Assembly (NCBI RefSeq): GCF_009914755.1
Contig: NC_060932.1
Strand: one strand, 5' to 3'
DNA: 64,000 nucleotides
Source of the DNA: the human T2T-CHM13v2.0 reference genome, Homo sapiens
Position 1 is the first letter of the stretch. Every line of letters starts with the position of its first letter. This document shows positions 42,236-56,814 of this stretch, in pieces. Made by a program: the position numbers and the translations under genes. A model generated the notes under the pieces. It saw nothing but the letters and a program-made list of their open reading frames with translations. It was not told the origin of the DNA and did not search any database.

Positions 42236-43249
42236 AGGACATACTTTTCTGCTGTTTTGAATTAATACTTTATTTTTTTTTTACTTATGTAGCAAATTTT
42301 GTTAATGTGATTGCTTATTGATAATGGCTAGTGGTCTTATCATCCAAGAATTTAAAATATATATATTTCTGACTACATTTGTAAATGTCTTATTCAATAT
42401 TTAAATTAACTTAAACCTTCTTGAAATAATGCTCAGAGTAATTTCTACTAAATTGGTTGAACTTTGAGAGCTTCTAAAACCTGCACATGAATAGTAATTT
42501 ATTTCTGTCTAGTCCAAAGTTGTTTGAATATGACATGATTTAGCCTATTTTTTTAGTACATGGGATGCTTCATAACTTCAAGAATAATAAATTTTAATTT
42601 TGAGCACCCTAGCCCAAAAAAAGGAAACTGTCAGCACTGATCTAGTTTTTAGTGAATTCCCCTGCAATGAAGGACTGATTGGGTTGTGGTTTTAAAGCTA
42701 CATTAATTCTGTTTCTAACTCTTTTACTTTCTATTTTTTAGGAGTATTTGTTACAGGTTTTCATATCTTTAGTATAAATTATCTTTCTTTATGCAGGATA
42801 CCTTTCTGAAAAGGGTCCGTTTAAAATTTCTAGGCAATGTATTTTTCTTTTAGCATGTTAAATTAGAGTTTTTTAAAAAGTTTATGTATTGAAGAAAATA
42901 CACTGTCAAATAGGAGATATTCATATATGCATTCCAATAGCAATCAGTTGAACTTTTGAATAAGTACTGTAGAAAAATATTTTTCTGAATGGTGCTTTTA
43001 CAAATTAAATTCATATAAATGATTCAGATTTTTTACCTTCAACCTTGTCAGGATTTAAAGTATTCTCTTTTTCTGTTTCCTTTTGGTTTCATCTTAGGTA
43101 GTAGTCTTTATAAAGGCATTTACATTTTTCAAAAACTTTCTTGCCTTAGAGATGGCGTGATTTGTCATTAAATTAATTGGAACTACTATATGTTGAACTT
43201 GATCGTAAACATGTGTACAAAATTATACTTTTAAATTTGGTGATTTACC

Positions 43250-43390
43250 ATGGCAAATCCTATGAAGTAGGTTTATTAATATTGTTGTCATTATTTATTT
43301 TACAGAACAGAGATTCAAATGGGTTAATGACTTTTCTGGCAAGATATAACTATGAAGAGGCAGAATTAGATTTGCATTCAGGCTGTTCTG
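43250..43390 (-). mobile_element. MIR fragment
   Basis: aatcctatgaagtagg...attttacag...gaggcagaattagatttg. Confidence 0.55.
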
Positions 43391-44736
43391 TGGCAGAGAA
43401 GGGGAATACTAATCTAGAAACAGGCATAGACTAACGTGCTGTGATGTTTAATTTAACTATGGAACACAGAGCTCCTGGGGAGAGCACTGACAGGCAACCC
43501 ACCAAGCTTTTGTAAGTCATGTGCTGCCAAAATTCCCCTGCCCTGATGAAGAGGGATCTGGATCCAACTCAAAATAATATGGTAGGAGCCTTAGTCACAT
43601 ATTCAGACCTGAGTATAAAGGATAAAAACAAATAAATTTGAGCCTATATTTTCAGAAGTCTCTGTAAGCTAGGTGATAAGTTATGACTGTTATGATACTA
43701 CAGCTGCTACTACTCATAGGGGATTAGTTGCCAAGAAAAGAACAAACAAACAAACAAACAAAAAACTCAGGCAATCTCCCTATCTGATGAAACAATTCAT
43801 TTCACTGCAAAAGGAATGAGGTCCCAGTTTTCTCACCATTCCCACCACAGTCATGAGAATTCATATCACAAAGGTGGTGGTCTACAGATTCTCTTACATG
43901 CTTTGAATCAATGGGGCACACAACTTGAATACCTAGGCTCAGAAATCTAGAGGTTGAAATGTCTTTTATTTCTTTCTGTACGTAGGTAGGATATGTTATT
44001 TCTTTGTTATTACTGCTAAATATATAGTGTGTATTGATGGTGATCACATTTAACATTGAGTGTACTGATTTCATAAAGGAAAAAAAGAATACCTGGGTGG
44101 TTTGTCACTGTACTAGAGGAGAGATGGGCCTCCCCTGGATTGAGGATTATAGTCAGACTATTGGCAAGAATTTTTTGAAATGGCATTATGACATTTTTTT
44201 CGAGATGAAGGGTTGCATAATTTTGTGTTGTCACGTGATTGGAAGTGGTGAAGATGCATTTATAGTGAATCCAAATAGGAAGGTGATGTTAAATAAGAGG
44301 CATCCTTGGCACTCTGTGCACAGGAAGAAATGTATGTGTGTTGGAAATCCAAGGGTAGAATATCCATCATAGTGTCTGCCATTTTCACATGCTGCCCCCT
44401 ATCCTGATTCAGTTGGTGGCTACAGATAAACATGTTTAAATTTCAGGTATCTTGACTCTCTTGAGCATATATAATTGGACTTGGGGATGAGACCCTGATC
44501 TAAGGTAGGGAGTTCATAGACTGACCTACAGAGCATGACGTGGACTCTTGTAAAGGGATATGATGTGTCTTTCTCTTAGCAAGTCAAACTAGAAAAAAAA
44601 TAGTTTAAATCAGGCTGTAATGAGAATAGAAGGTGAAATGATGGAGCAGATTTACGGAATAAGGATCAATGGCCATTGGTCATCCCAAATCATGAGAAAA
44701 TAGAAGATAATTAATAAGGAAAAATAATAAGGTAGA

Positions 44737-45047
<311 letters not shown>

Positions 45048-45372
45048 TCAGGTAGAAAACAGCTTTGTAGAATGGAAAAGAACAAGGCAGGTATTTGATT
45101 TAGAAAGCCCATATCATTAGGAATAGAGAAACATTTGGTTACAAAAAATGACCGTACAATAGAGTGAAGGTCTATATGGCTTTTCACTGCTGTTGAAGTC
45201 TGTAGAGTTCATTGAATCCTAAATAGTGTTTCAGTACCAGTTCCTGTGAAGCTAAACCATATTAGATTAATATTCTTTGTTTCTTTTTGAATGAGCTAAT
45301 ATTCCTTTCCTCTCAAGAAAGAGAACTAAATCTGAATTGCTTAATTTAAACCCACAATTTATTTAAAGATTT

Positions 45373-45896
45373 TGTCAAAGAAAAAGTGCATTGGATAGAA
45401 TGAAACAGGCAAGGAACGTTTTATTCAATTGTAATAGAGGTCAAAATTATTGCAGTAATGGAGATTGAACTCAACTCCTTTGATACAAAAGGCAGGTCGA
45501 TTTTTAAGCTCTGGGGTGAGCTAATGGAAAAGTACTACAGAATGTTGTGGGGAGGTTGTCAATGTGATTAGCCCATTTGTGTTTGCTAATTGATACTTTT
45601 TGAAGTTAGGCCCCTACTCCCAAACAGAGACTAGCAGATAGGGGCTGTGTCTTTCTTGATGATTATATTTCAAAGAGATAGCTCTTGGGTGCTTGAGAAG
45701 GACATTTCTGGGTTGTAAAATAACAAAGAGGCTGGGGAAAAAATTACATCTCAAGAAGCAGAGAAAGAATTTACAGTTGTAAGTGTTCTAAAATAAATGC
45801 TTTAGGAAAAAGAAGGTCGGGGCCTATCTTCAGGAAGAAGCCTATCTAAAGTTTGGCTAAGCTGAGGTAACTTTAAGGTTAATGCTGTCTTCTTCA
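45373..45896 (-). mobile_element. ERV1 solo LTR, MER31-like
   Basis: TG...CA termini, antisense AATAAA ~45420, gaactcaactcc...caaaaggc motif, TSD-like attt/atta. Confidence 0.6.
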
Positions 45897-46096
45897 ATTA
45901 CCAGAGGAATTCACAGATCTAAAAGGTGTTGCCAACCAAACTTCAGAATGGCAGGAAGCAGAAAGACTGCAGGTACCTTGGTGGCCAGAAGTCTGTATGT
46001 TTTCCCCAATACACCATCATTAAGATGTCATCGTTTTCTGTCCTTTGAAAATTACCAGGAGCATCCTTTGACCCAATTTAGATGGGGTGCGTACAT

Positions 46097-46365
46097 ATTC
46101 ATTCATTCATCTGACAAATACCAAGTATCTACAATCTACCAGATACTGTTCTAAGCACTAGGGATATGTTTATCAGTGAACAAAATGTTCAAAATTCTCC
46201 ATACTAATGAAACTCACATTCTAGTGGGAAAGCAACATATAGTAACCAAAATAAGTAATACAAGTATATAGCATGTAGATGGTGTTGTTTTGTAAGCAAT
46301 ACAAGTATATAGTATGTAGATGGTGTTAAGTTTTGCAAAGAAAATTAAAGCAAGGAAGGGGAATA
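46097..46365 (-). mobile_element. L2 3' fragment with internal 35-bp duplication
   Basis: ttcattcattcat...cagatactgttctaagcact; 46252-46286 similar to 46293-46327. Confidence 0.75.
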
Positions 46366-47182
46366 TACCACATCTACAATGTTATAGTCCAATGTATGGA
46401 CCCCTAGCCACTCTGGGGCTATTCCATGCATATTCTCTGGGCAATTGCTAGGTATGAGACAACACTTATGACATGGGGAAATAACCAAATTGGTGTATGT
46501 TACACCCTTTTGACTTCTATTTCTATGCTATACAGGCTCATTATTTACCATTAATTTGCAAATTAACTGTCTTAATTTAAGATAATTAAATGCATATTAA
46601 AAATATTTTGAAAGGCTGTATTATAACATACTAGTATTGGTTTACTAATTTAGTTGATTGGAAGGTTATGGGTCATATTTTGGTCTATACTTCTTCATAT
46701 TTTGTACATTTTCATCAATGGGCATATTTTTACCTTGATAATTAGAAAATTTTTTATACTTTAAAAGTTTAGCTTCTTATATAACTTAATCATCATCATT
46801 ATAATAATCACTTTTAGTACTAAGCACTTTCTTTTTTATCATCTTATTTAAAACCTCAAAAATGAGTCTAGGGAAGTTGAGGCTAGAATATAAAAGACCT
46901 AGTATGCACATTAAAGTTTTGACAATAAGAGAAAATTGAAAGTGTTTAATGTGAAGACTGGCATTATAATATTTATTTTGAAAAAAATTAAAAAAACCTG
47001 TAAGTTACACCCAGAGTGGAATGATTTGGGGAGGAACTGGAGTTGACTATGGTATTGATGGAGGGAGACATGAGTATAGTTACAGAGGGAAGGAAATAGT
47101 AGGGCTTTGCTAAAGAGAAAGGCTAAGGAGACATTTTGGAACGAATGATAACCAATATTTCATTTAACTCACACTTCTGTAA

Positions 47183-47411
47183 CAGGGGTGTCCAATCTTT
47201 TGGCTTTTATGGGCCACATTGGAAGAAGAATTGTCTTTGGCCACACAGAAAATACATTAACAATAATGATAGCTGATGAGCTAAAAAAAAAAAAAAAAAA
47301 TCTCAAAAAAATCTCATAACGTTTTAAGAAAGTTTACAAATTTGTGTTGGGCCATAGTTAAAGTCATCCTGGGCTGCATGTGGCCCACAGGCTGTGGGCT
47401 GGACAAGGCTG
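47183..47411 (+). mobile_element. MER30 hAT-Charlie DNA transposon
   Basis: caggggtgtccaatcttttggc...gatagctgatgagctaaaa...ggacaaggctg. Confidence 0.9.
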
Positions 47412-48494
47412 GTATCGAACCAACCTTATATTCCTGAGTGAGAGGGCTCTAGACTGAAAACTCCCAAGCCCTCTTGATACTGAGCTGTCCATCATCCCCA
47501 AATTCCAAATGCCTATATGGATGAACTCCATCCTCACATGTGTTTCACATTTTTACAGTGGGATTTCTATTATTTTTATATATTTATTTTGCAAATTATA
47601 GTAAAAATTTATCAGTTTTAAAAACAAAAGGAAATAGTTGAAAAACAAAGGTCTGCAAGTTGATTGAAATACTATACTTTTGCTGTAGGGGAGCCATTGT
47701 AGTTTTAGGAAGTTGTGTTATATTAGTTTCACCTCCATTAAGGCTTTTAACCCAGAAATTCCTCTTTTTAAATAATATCAAAACAATTTCCAGTAAATAA
47801 ACACTAGGTGCAAGGAAAATAATTATATTAGTATGATTTCCTTCAAATTTGTTGAGAAAGGAGGCTCCATAGCCTTCGTTCTACAGATGATCAACTTTGA
47901 AAAACAGTGGTAATGTGGCTGTATGCTCGCATATGTCTTTTAATTGACTAGTTAGCTATTTACTTTTCTGCTTGTTGATGACTTTCCTAATTGAATAGAA
48001 AAGCTATAGTTACCCACCACAATATAAAATATTGAAAGGTGATGGAGAAAAAGCACTTTACTAGTCTCTTGGGAAAGAAAATTGCATATTGTGTCTGTAA
48101 TTATTTTGCTCTCTGAAGAAATATATCAGACTGCCATTTCTACATCAATTTTCTGGATATCGTGGGACCCATTATTTTAATGTCAACAGAAACAAGCTCT
48201 TGTAGAGTTTCTCTGCCTTTTCTATGCTCCAGTTAACCTGAGGGACCTTTAAGCTATAATTTATAGAGAAAGACAACAGCATAACACAAATGAGTTAGAG
48301 ATTGATTTGTAAGTCATGTAAGGCATGCAGAGTAACAAATCGTGGACCAAGGCAATGCAGATCAGAAAAGAAAAGAAAAATCTGCACTCATCACACTACC
48401 TAAAAGTGGACATGTAACGGGACGTTGATTTAATAAATGTCACGAAATTTCAAATAGACCAATACTTAAAGCCTGTATGAGAAATATAACTAAT

Positions 48495-50680
48495 TGTTTA
48501 TCCATTCAATGGCTACTTATAGCTCAACTATAATGGGGTCAGACACTGTGCTGTGCAATGGAGATACATGAGTGAGCAGAGTAGATGTGGCTTCTGCACT
48601 TACATAGGATTGAAAATGAAATAATCAATGGTGATAACATTTGTAGACTATACTTTGAGAGCTGTACAAGAACATCTCATTTCTTTTTGGGAGACCGTAG
48701 AACAAAAGTGCATGAAAAATAAGTAAGGTGGTTAAGTAAGCAGAAGGTTTAGGGAGCATTGGAAAGAGGTAAAATTATATGGGAAGGCCAGAGAGACAAG
48801 TAGTGGCATGGAACTGAAGGAAGTTCAGGATGGCTAGAATATGGCAAGTGTTGAGACGAGTGGAGAGCCAGGCAGGCGGCAGGCAGCAGGCTTTGTATGA
48901 CCTGTTAAATTACAACTGACACCCAAATAAGTCCAAGTGCATTCGTCTTTCTAGGATTATTTATCAAATTCCTACATTTTTTCAAGCTGTTTAAGATACA
49001 AAGATTAAAAAAGAACGATTTTTTAACCTATCGCATCTCCAATTTGGTGTAATAGAAAGTGAAATAAAAGGATGACAGTAATACAGAGTAAAAAGTGATA
49101 TGAATGTAAAAGCCAGAAGCTGCTAAAGAAACAGAAGAAGGAAAGTCAGGAGGAAGGTCTAGAGCCTGAGAAAGACTTAAGAGGTGATTCTTGGGTTGAG
49201 TCTTAAAGGCCATCGGAAGCTGGTGAAGCAGAGGAGGGAAGAACAGTTGAGGCAGTAGTACCGACGTGTCCAGTGGCTTAGAAGCACAAGGAACAAGATT
49301 TGTTCAGAACTGCAAGGGGAATGCTTTTATTACAGTAGCATTTGTCAAAGTGTGCCTCAGTAAACAATCTGCAAGAGGATCTGGAGACACTCTGTGTACT
49401 TCTTGGAAAGTTACAATGCCTATTAGTGCAGTAAGGGATCTGAAAATATCCACAGTGGGGAGTGCTGTTTAACTTTATTTCATATGGTGTTTTTCAGAAC
49501 AATTTGACCACAGAATTTCCTCTACTGTCTTCTTTTAGTTTAAAACCTATTAACATTCATTAAATACACCTTGAAGTTGATATTAGAACCTAGACTGGGT
49601 GGTGGAGGAGGTCAGAGGATGGGGCTACAGAAGGTCAGATCATGAAGACCTTGGTCTGCCAGGCAGATCGTTAGAGTAGAACGCACCCATTTCCTTCCAG
49701 GTGAAAGGTACTCCATTGATGTGGCACATCCAACTTTACTCACTCCACGCTAATGGGGTTGTGGGGAGTGATTCATATGAAAGGTAAATTTAGGAGGAGT
49801 TAAATGAGAGTATCATAGCTGTACCATTCCTCCTCTTGGAGTGTGCTGCCAGCTGGGAGCACCTGCTCCAGGTGGGAAGATTTGCTCTAGTTCAGCACCA
49901 CCTGGGTCTGGGAGGGCAATTTTCCTCTTTTGGGATTCAATATTAAGAGGTGCATTTGACTGTAAGAATAAACAATATTTCCAACATAGTTTCATTGGCA
50001 ATAAGGGAGATGTCTTAGTTAGCCATTCCTCATTCATTGTTTTATTTCTCAATCTCTTCAACATTTTTTATAGGCAAGGAGGTGATATGTGTTGACCTTC
50101 ATGAGATCCAGATATTGAGGATTTTGTCTTTATCCTGTAGATAATTGGGAACCACTAAAGTATTTTAACAGAGGAGTGACATTGCCAGATTTGCATTTGA
50201 CGGCTTAGATAGCAGTGTAGAAGATATATTAAAGGAGGAATAAATAGAGTCTGAGAAACCAATCTAAAAGGACAGCAGTAATCCAGACAAGAATTAATCA
50301 GATCTTGAACTACATCAATGGTAGCAATTCATTGGAGAAGGGGATGAATATGGAATACACATAGGAGGTTGAATGAACAGAATTAGGAGACTGATTAGAT
50401 GTATGATATTTGAGAGAGACAATCTAGCACAACTCTCAGATTTCTGAATAGAGCTGGTTTGCATTAATTTTGGTGGAAATGAAAAACTAGTTCTAGCAGA
50501 CTGAGTGGGCATGCCTTAGGAATCCAACTGGAGATGTCTAGGTGTTTGTTGTATATACCTGTCTGCATTCCAGAGACATTTATAGTCTAGAAATACAGAC
50601 ATGGCAGTTGTTGATTAATTCGTGGTACTCAATGTCATGACATCAATCAGGTTCTTTAGGAGGGTGTGTGGAACAAGAAT
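48495..50680 (-). mobile_element. Mosaic of antisense L2 fragments with other old insertions (MER103-like near 49400-49575)
   Basis: cagacactgtgctg, tttatcctgtagataattgggaaccact, agtgacattgccagatttgcattt. Confidence 0.55.
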
Positions 50681-50689
50681 ACTACCCAG

Positions 50690-50870
50690 TATCAATACTG
50701 AATACTTATTACATGCCCACTATGTACCAGCATTACATTAAACACTTTACACACATGCTCTCATTTAATTCTCATGAAAACTTTTTAAGGTGAGCACTAT
50801 TACACTATTATCATCACTTTCCAAATGAAACTTGGGAAAACAGACGGACTAGAAATGGCATCCTAGGAAC
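50690..50870 (-). mobile_element. MIR
   Basis: cactatgtaccag...ctcatttaattctca...aaatgaaact. Confidence 0.7.
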
Positions 50871-51092
50871 ACTAACATTTACGGGGCAGTTGAAGGGAAG
50901 AAATAAACAGTAAGAAAAGAAAAAGTGGTTGAAGAGAAAATAACTTTTAACACGAAGCATGGTGCTGAAATAAAAGAAGAACTGGTCAACAATTTCAAAT
51001 ACTTCATAGATGTGAAATAGAAGCTGAAGAGTTTCCACTTGATTTGGCAACTAGGAATCATATTTATTGTGTTCATAAACCTTCCCATGATA

Positions 51093-51115
51093 TATAATAT
51101 ATACACACACACATA

Positions 51116-51188
<73 letters not shown>
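51093..51188. repeat. Compound (CA)/(TG)n/(TA)n microsatellite in Alu tail
   Basis: Lies inside the Alu TSDs tcccatgata (51083/51484). Confidence 0.92.
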
Positions 51189-51191
<3 letters not shown>

Positions 51192-51483
51192 TTTTTTTTT
51201 TTGAGACAGAGTTTCACTCTGTCACCCAGGCTGGAGTGTGCTGCTATGATCTCTACTTACTGCAACCTCTGCCTCCTGAGTTCAAACGATTCTCGTGCCT
51301 CAGCCTTCCATGTAGCTGGAATTACAGGCACGTACCATCATACCCGGCTACATTTTTTTATTTTTAATAGAAGCGGATTTTGTCATGTTGGCCAGGCTGG
51401 TCTCAACCCCTGACCTCAAGTGATTAGCCCACCTTGGCCTCCCAAAATGATGGATTTGCAGCCGTGAGCCACCGCACCTGGCC
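51189..51483 (-). mobile_element. Alu (J/Sx-type)
   Basis: Antisense Alu body. Confidence 0.93.
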
Positions 51484-52859
51484 TCCCATGATACTTTAAA
51501 AATACTTGATAAAATACACTTGTATTCAGTAACATACACAGATGGTCTTTGTGGTTTGCTATTTTAATTATTTTTTACAGGGGACGTATATTCAGAGAGT
51601 TTTGCTATGCAATGCTCTTTGACAAATTTAACTTTATTCAGGGTTGGGGGTTAAGCCTGCTATGGGATTAAAGAACAGAAAACCACAGGGCTCTCATTCT
51701 CTTATTGTTTCTTCTATTAAGGGTCAAATTCAGGAGCATAGTGTACAATAGCAATTATTCGTCAGAAACTCAGTTCCCTGTTAGAATTCTACTCAGAAAG
51801 TAAATAGAAAAAAAGGAGAATTCTATATGCATTTGGGGGAAGAGACATGGTCGATGACCTAGAATTTGATGAAAATCACCTACCTGAGAGTCAGATTGAT
51901 TATTAAATAAATTAGCACCAATCAAAACTTCTAAGGCACAGAGCTAAATGAGCTTATGACCCTGTACATTGAGGGAGTTATTAGGATGCTAAATCTTAGA
52001 ACAAGTCTCTGCATGCATGAGTTTTAATGAAGCAGATGTACAAGCAGATGAACATTATTTTAAGAAGCAATCCTCTCCAAAAAACAAGATAATATTGTAG
52101 TTTTATCAGCAATTGTTTACATACCACTTGATTTCTAGATTTAACGCTGATTAACAATGCACTTTCTTTTATAATCTACTTTTTTATCATTGGTCTGGCT
52201 AATTTATAAGATTTTGTGTCTGTGTGTTCCTTCTGAAAACAGTAGAAAAATGATATTGTAACAATAAATATGGAGCTTACACAATGGGAAACAAGGAAGA
52301 GAAATCTTAACATCAATGGCAGAGTTAATGTAGAATTGCAGAATGCAGGCCCAAAGTAATAAGGATAAGGTGACAATCTTGATCTGGTTAAGAGATATAT
52401 AGTACCTCGCGCATTATGACTGTCCTGTTACTTGGAGTCGTTGACAACTGACTAAACATAGGGACACATTTGGTATTCTTTTGCATTCAGCAGAATGCAG
52501 CAGAATAAGCTTGGCAGATATAAAAAAACATTTATGTTCCTCCTTCTGCCCTTCTCCATCCCCTTTTGAAGTGCCTATACACAGGGGCTTTGCCTGGGGA
52601 TTTCCCAGGGCTCCTCCTGCCAAACAAGCTCAGGCAGGGCAGAGGGGTCTCAAAATCCTGAGGACTTGGTTGTGAATTTGGAGTCTGAATTATTTATCTG
52701 TTTTCATTCCTAGCACATTTGCCTATTTTTTTCTTTTATTCAAAACAGTCTATTTAATTTCTGAAATGCAAAAGAATGTTTGGCATGGATAAATAGCTGT
52801 GATTTCTCTCTCTGATAAATCTTGCAATGTTAGAGTTTACCAAAGAGAACCCACATATT

Positions 52860-53320
52860 CTTGTCAGTAGCATGGGCTTTGGAGTCAGGCGACTAATTCT
52901 AGATTTACTGCTTATTGCTCATATGAGTATGAGCAAGTTACTATACTACTGATTCTTTTTTTAATGTCTAAAATTGAGTTAATAATGTTTAGTATATATT
53001 CATGAAAAATATAAGGAGTTATTGTGTACAAAGTGCATAAGACAGTGTCTAATCCTCAGAAGACACTCAATAAAGGGAGTCTACCTTAGAGTTGAGCTGT
53101 CTTGAGTCCAACTACCTGGGATAAAGTCTGGACTCCATACCTAGCAGCTATGACTTTTGCTAAGTTATATAACATTTCTCTGCCTCCATTTCCTTGTTTG
53201 CTAAGAGGGATTCATAATAGGGTCTACTGTGTAAGTTCATGAGAAGATTAAGTGAGTTACTACATAAAGCTCTTAGAACAGTGCTAGACATAGTAAAATC
53301 TTAATAAATGTTTTTGATGA
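52860..53320 (+). mobile_element. Two adjacent MIR elements
   Basis: gggctttggagtcagg...gcaagtta; second copy tctctgcctccatttcctt...ctcttagaacagtgc. Confidence 0.75.
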
Positions 53321-55879
53321 AATTGATTATATAAAAATTACTATCAGCATGCAGTGCTGTCAAAGGTATAATGGAAAACTATAATGAAAACTTGACTTCT
53401 ATCCAAGGAGCTTGTGCTAAACAGCAAATGTGTTCATTTTTAAGGGTTCACTTTCCTTTCCTCATTACTTTTGAACTCTGTTCATTACATTTGAACTTTG
53501 TCTAGTGCTTTGAAATGTGAAGATCAACATAATTTTAATGATCTCATCAACTTTATGCAGTAGATACCCCTCTGAGCCTGGGGGAGATGGGAGTTTAAAT
53601 CCAGAGACAGACATGTCTGTGGTCTTACAGCAAAGTAATGGATGCTCTGGTACTGTGTTTATGGACTTTTTACACTGAGTCCACTGCTTAGTCTGATTAG
53701 TTCACAGTCCTTCATAAAGAATGTGAGCATGCTATCCATCCAAGGGTTTATATAAACTACAAAGACAGCAAGCAAGAACTAAAACAGAACCATTTTTAAT
53801 GCACACTTTTTATTGTTAATGCAAGCGACATCATGCAGAAAATAACATATCTCATTTTCCAAGCAATTTAATGGTCTTCCAGTTATCATTTGACAGGATC
53901 AAGCTATAAATCTGTTTTTATACAATTTGAGGAAGGCTTATGGAATCCATTATTTATTTCATTTTTTTGTAAGATCTAAGTAATATTTTTTGTAGTTAAT
54001 GAGCTGCCAAACATTTAGTTTTCTTAGTAAAATCTGAGTATATCATTTTACTTGTTGAATTTTGATGGATACTTATTTGCATTAGATTATAAAAGGTTAA
54101 TACTGAATTTCAAATCAGTGCAGAGTCAGTTTCTATTAGTACCTGCCATCATCCTTGCTAGTGCATAATCCTTCAGGCTATATAAACACCAGTGGCCTTT
54201 CTTGATTTAAATGAAGCAGAGAAACATTGTTTTAGTTCAGCCCTAAAACTGAACCCCTCATATAATTTCTAGGAGTTTTCATGGGATATAAAAAGAGAAT
54301 GGGGCTGATTCAGATATTCTTCTAGCTCTTATGGAAGGTAAAATTAAAACAATAAAGTTATAATTAATGAAATACAACATTGTGCAATGGAGAGTAGAGC
54401 TCTTGCGATAGCTCCTTTGTCTTGGAGGGCTCTCTGTGCCTGGGGTGGGATAGGATGGGAGGGGAAGCTTTTGCACTTAGATGACTTTCTTCACTTTTGG
54501 GGCATGATAAATCTGTGTCCCACCTTTTAAGGTAGTGATGCTGGATGACCAGTATCACATCTGCTATAGTTGGACTGCTGGTGTGGAAATTGCTCTTTTG
54601 GACTCAGTTTCTGATGTTATCTGAGTAGCACCTCTGCAGCCAACCTAAGGCAAGAGGTCTACCCCTGGAAAGCATCCTGGCTGTGTCAGGGCTGCCAGTT
54701 CTTGGGTCTGCATTTCTGCTTCCAAAATTGCTTGTGCACTTATTCCTGGCTGTTGGGAGCTGCTTCTCATCAGACCACTGCACAAGGTGTCATTTCAACT
54801 AATGATATAGTAGCATTTATATTTAAAGGGGGTGGATATATTTTTAATATTTTAACAGATACATAGCTTTTTTTTTTTCCAGAAACAACCATACACACCA
54901 ACCAATACAGACAATGACAACAAGGCTCTCCATTAGGATGAAGCCTCATATCTGATGTTTAAGTCCAGAAAATGTCATTCCTAGATATATATACACAGAT
55001 GTGTTTTTGTATGAGTAAATTATCAAGTAAACTATAATTTTTAATATTTGGAAGATGATTATCATATCATTTGAAGTGCTTTTCACTGTAAGTTACTTTT
55101 ATGGAAATAGTATTGTGAAAAAACTTATTTCTTAATGCAACTTATAAGAACAAATTCTTATGTATTTTAATTTTATTTTTAAAAACTATATTTTTCTGAA
55201 ATATGTTATAAAATATGTTAAAATATGTCTGTCACAGGTATAGATTATTAAAAAATAATAAAGCTTTTATCTGCTTTTTACAATACATTTTTCTTTGGCT
55301 GTAGTCTATAATATCATTTTATCATAAAACAAAGCCCATCAACACTATCTAAAACTAGTACTGAAAAAGAAAAACTGGTATATAGAAATTCTCTATGACT
55401 TCGTTTGTTTCAGAGTAGCATTTGACATAAAGGTCAACATTGACTAAGCCCTTGCATTATCAATATATTCTTCCAGAAAAATTTTGGCAACAACATAAAA
55501 CAATAGGATGTTTTAAAATTATTAATAATTTCATAATCTGCTTTAAAGATAGTCTTTGAGGAAGACTTTCTCTAAGGAAATACCTTTAAAAGTCAAAATA
55601 AAAATCTGTAATCCTATCTGCATGGTAGAATCAAAAGGCACTGAGTCTTGAACTAATAAGGGATAGGGGGAGGATTCTTGAAGTACATGAAACTTCATTT
55701 ATACTATTTTTAAAAAAAACAGAAAATACCATAACCAGACACAGTGCCCCATGCCAGTTACAAACTCCAGGATGTATTATCGTGGAGAACACTCTTTGAT
55801 GATTGGCTATGTAAAGGTGAAAGTGGATTACACATTTTGGAACTACAACAGGGTGTATTTTCTATGACACAAACATCTC

Positions 55880-56380
55880 GTGTTAAGGAATTGGCTTAAC
55901 TGTTCTAACAAAAAGGTCTTAAAATGAAGTGGCATCATCAATGTTGTCTTCATTGTTATCATCATCATCATCATCTAGATTTTATTTTTCTCTTGTGTGA
56001 CAGATTAGAGAAAAGAGGTTTGGGCTGGAGGGAGCCAATTCTTCATGAGGATATTCAAGGACTAAATTTGCTTCCATTATGTTGCTCTGTCATTTCCTGG
56101 GATATGGTCCTGGAGTCAAGGGAGAATGACAGGTTACCTTCACATATGTTTTCTAGCCTGCAAGCAAAAAAGAAAGAGTGGAAGTGAAAGGAAAACAGTT
56201 TACCCTTTATGCATATAATATGGAAGTTACCCACATCACCTTCATTTAGTGGAATGGCAAGAACTTACAATCGTAGATGCAACCAGCTGGAAGGGAAGCA
56301 GCTATGGCACAGCTAACGCTTGCAGATAGTTCTACCACAAAAATTATGAAAGGAAGACTGATACTTCACAATCTGTTCTA
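55880..56380. mobile_element. Old MLT1-like LTR fragment
   Basis: Degenerate MaLR-like motifs (ggaagttacccacatcacctt...ggcaagaact...ctggaaggga). Confidence 0.45.
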
Positions 56381-56814
56381 CACTTCTTAATAACAAAGCA
56401 AGGTTGAAGAATATCAAAAAGGACTAATAAAATTATAAAATATGGATGACCTGTTTAATAAAATAAATAGAGAAGGTGGACAGCAAAATTATTAAACAGA
56501 ACAATTAAGTACACATAAAATCAGTCTAAAGTTTTAAAAATAGGAAAGATAGAGATCTTGAATTGTTAGAAATAATAAATTTGATGAGTTTTAGGTTGAC
56601 TGAAGAATTCTCTGAAGATTTTAAACCAATTTCTACAGTACTCAGTATAACTTATTCAGACAATGTATTTTGTCAGATATGCCTTACAAAAGTAATTCAA
56701 CTTATGTAAGCACATATCCACATCTAAGTACTGAAGAAAATAATGTCATATTGTTAAAACAGAGTACACATTTCACTAGTTTATTCAACATGGTAAAGCT
56801 CTTGAACAAAAAAG

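Noticed and set aside
55924-56187. ORF with poly-His run
   Set aside because: (CAT)n microsatellite within an LTR-like relic
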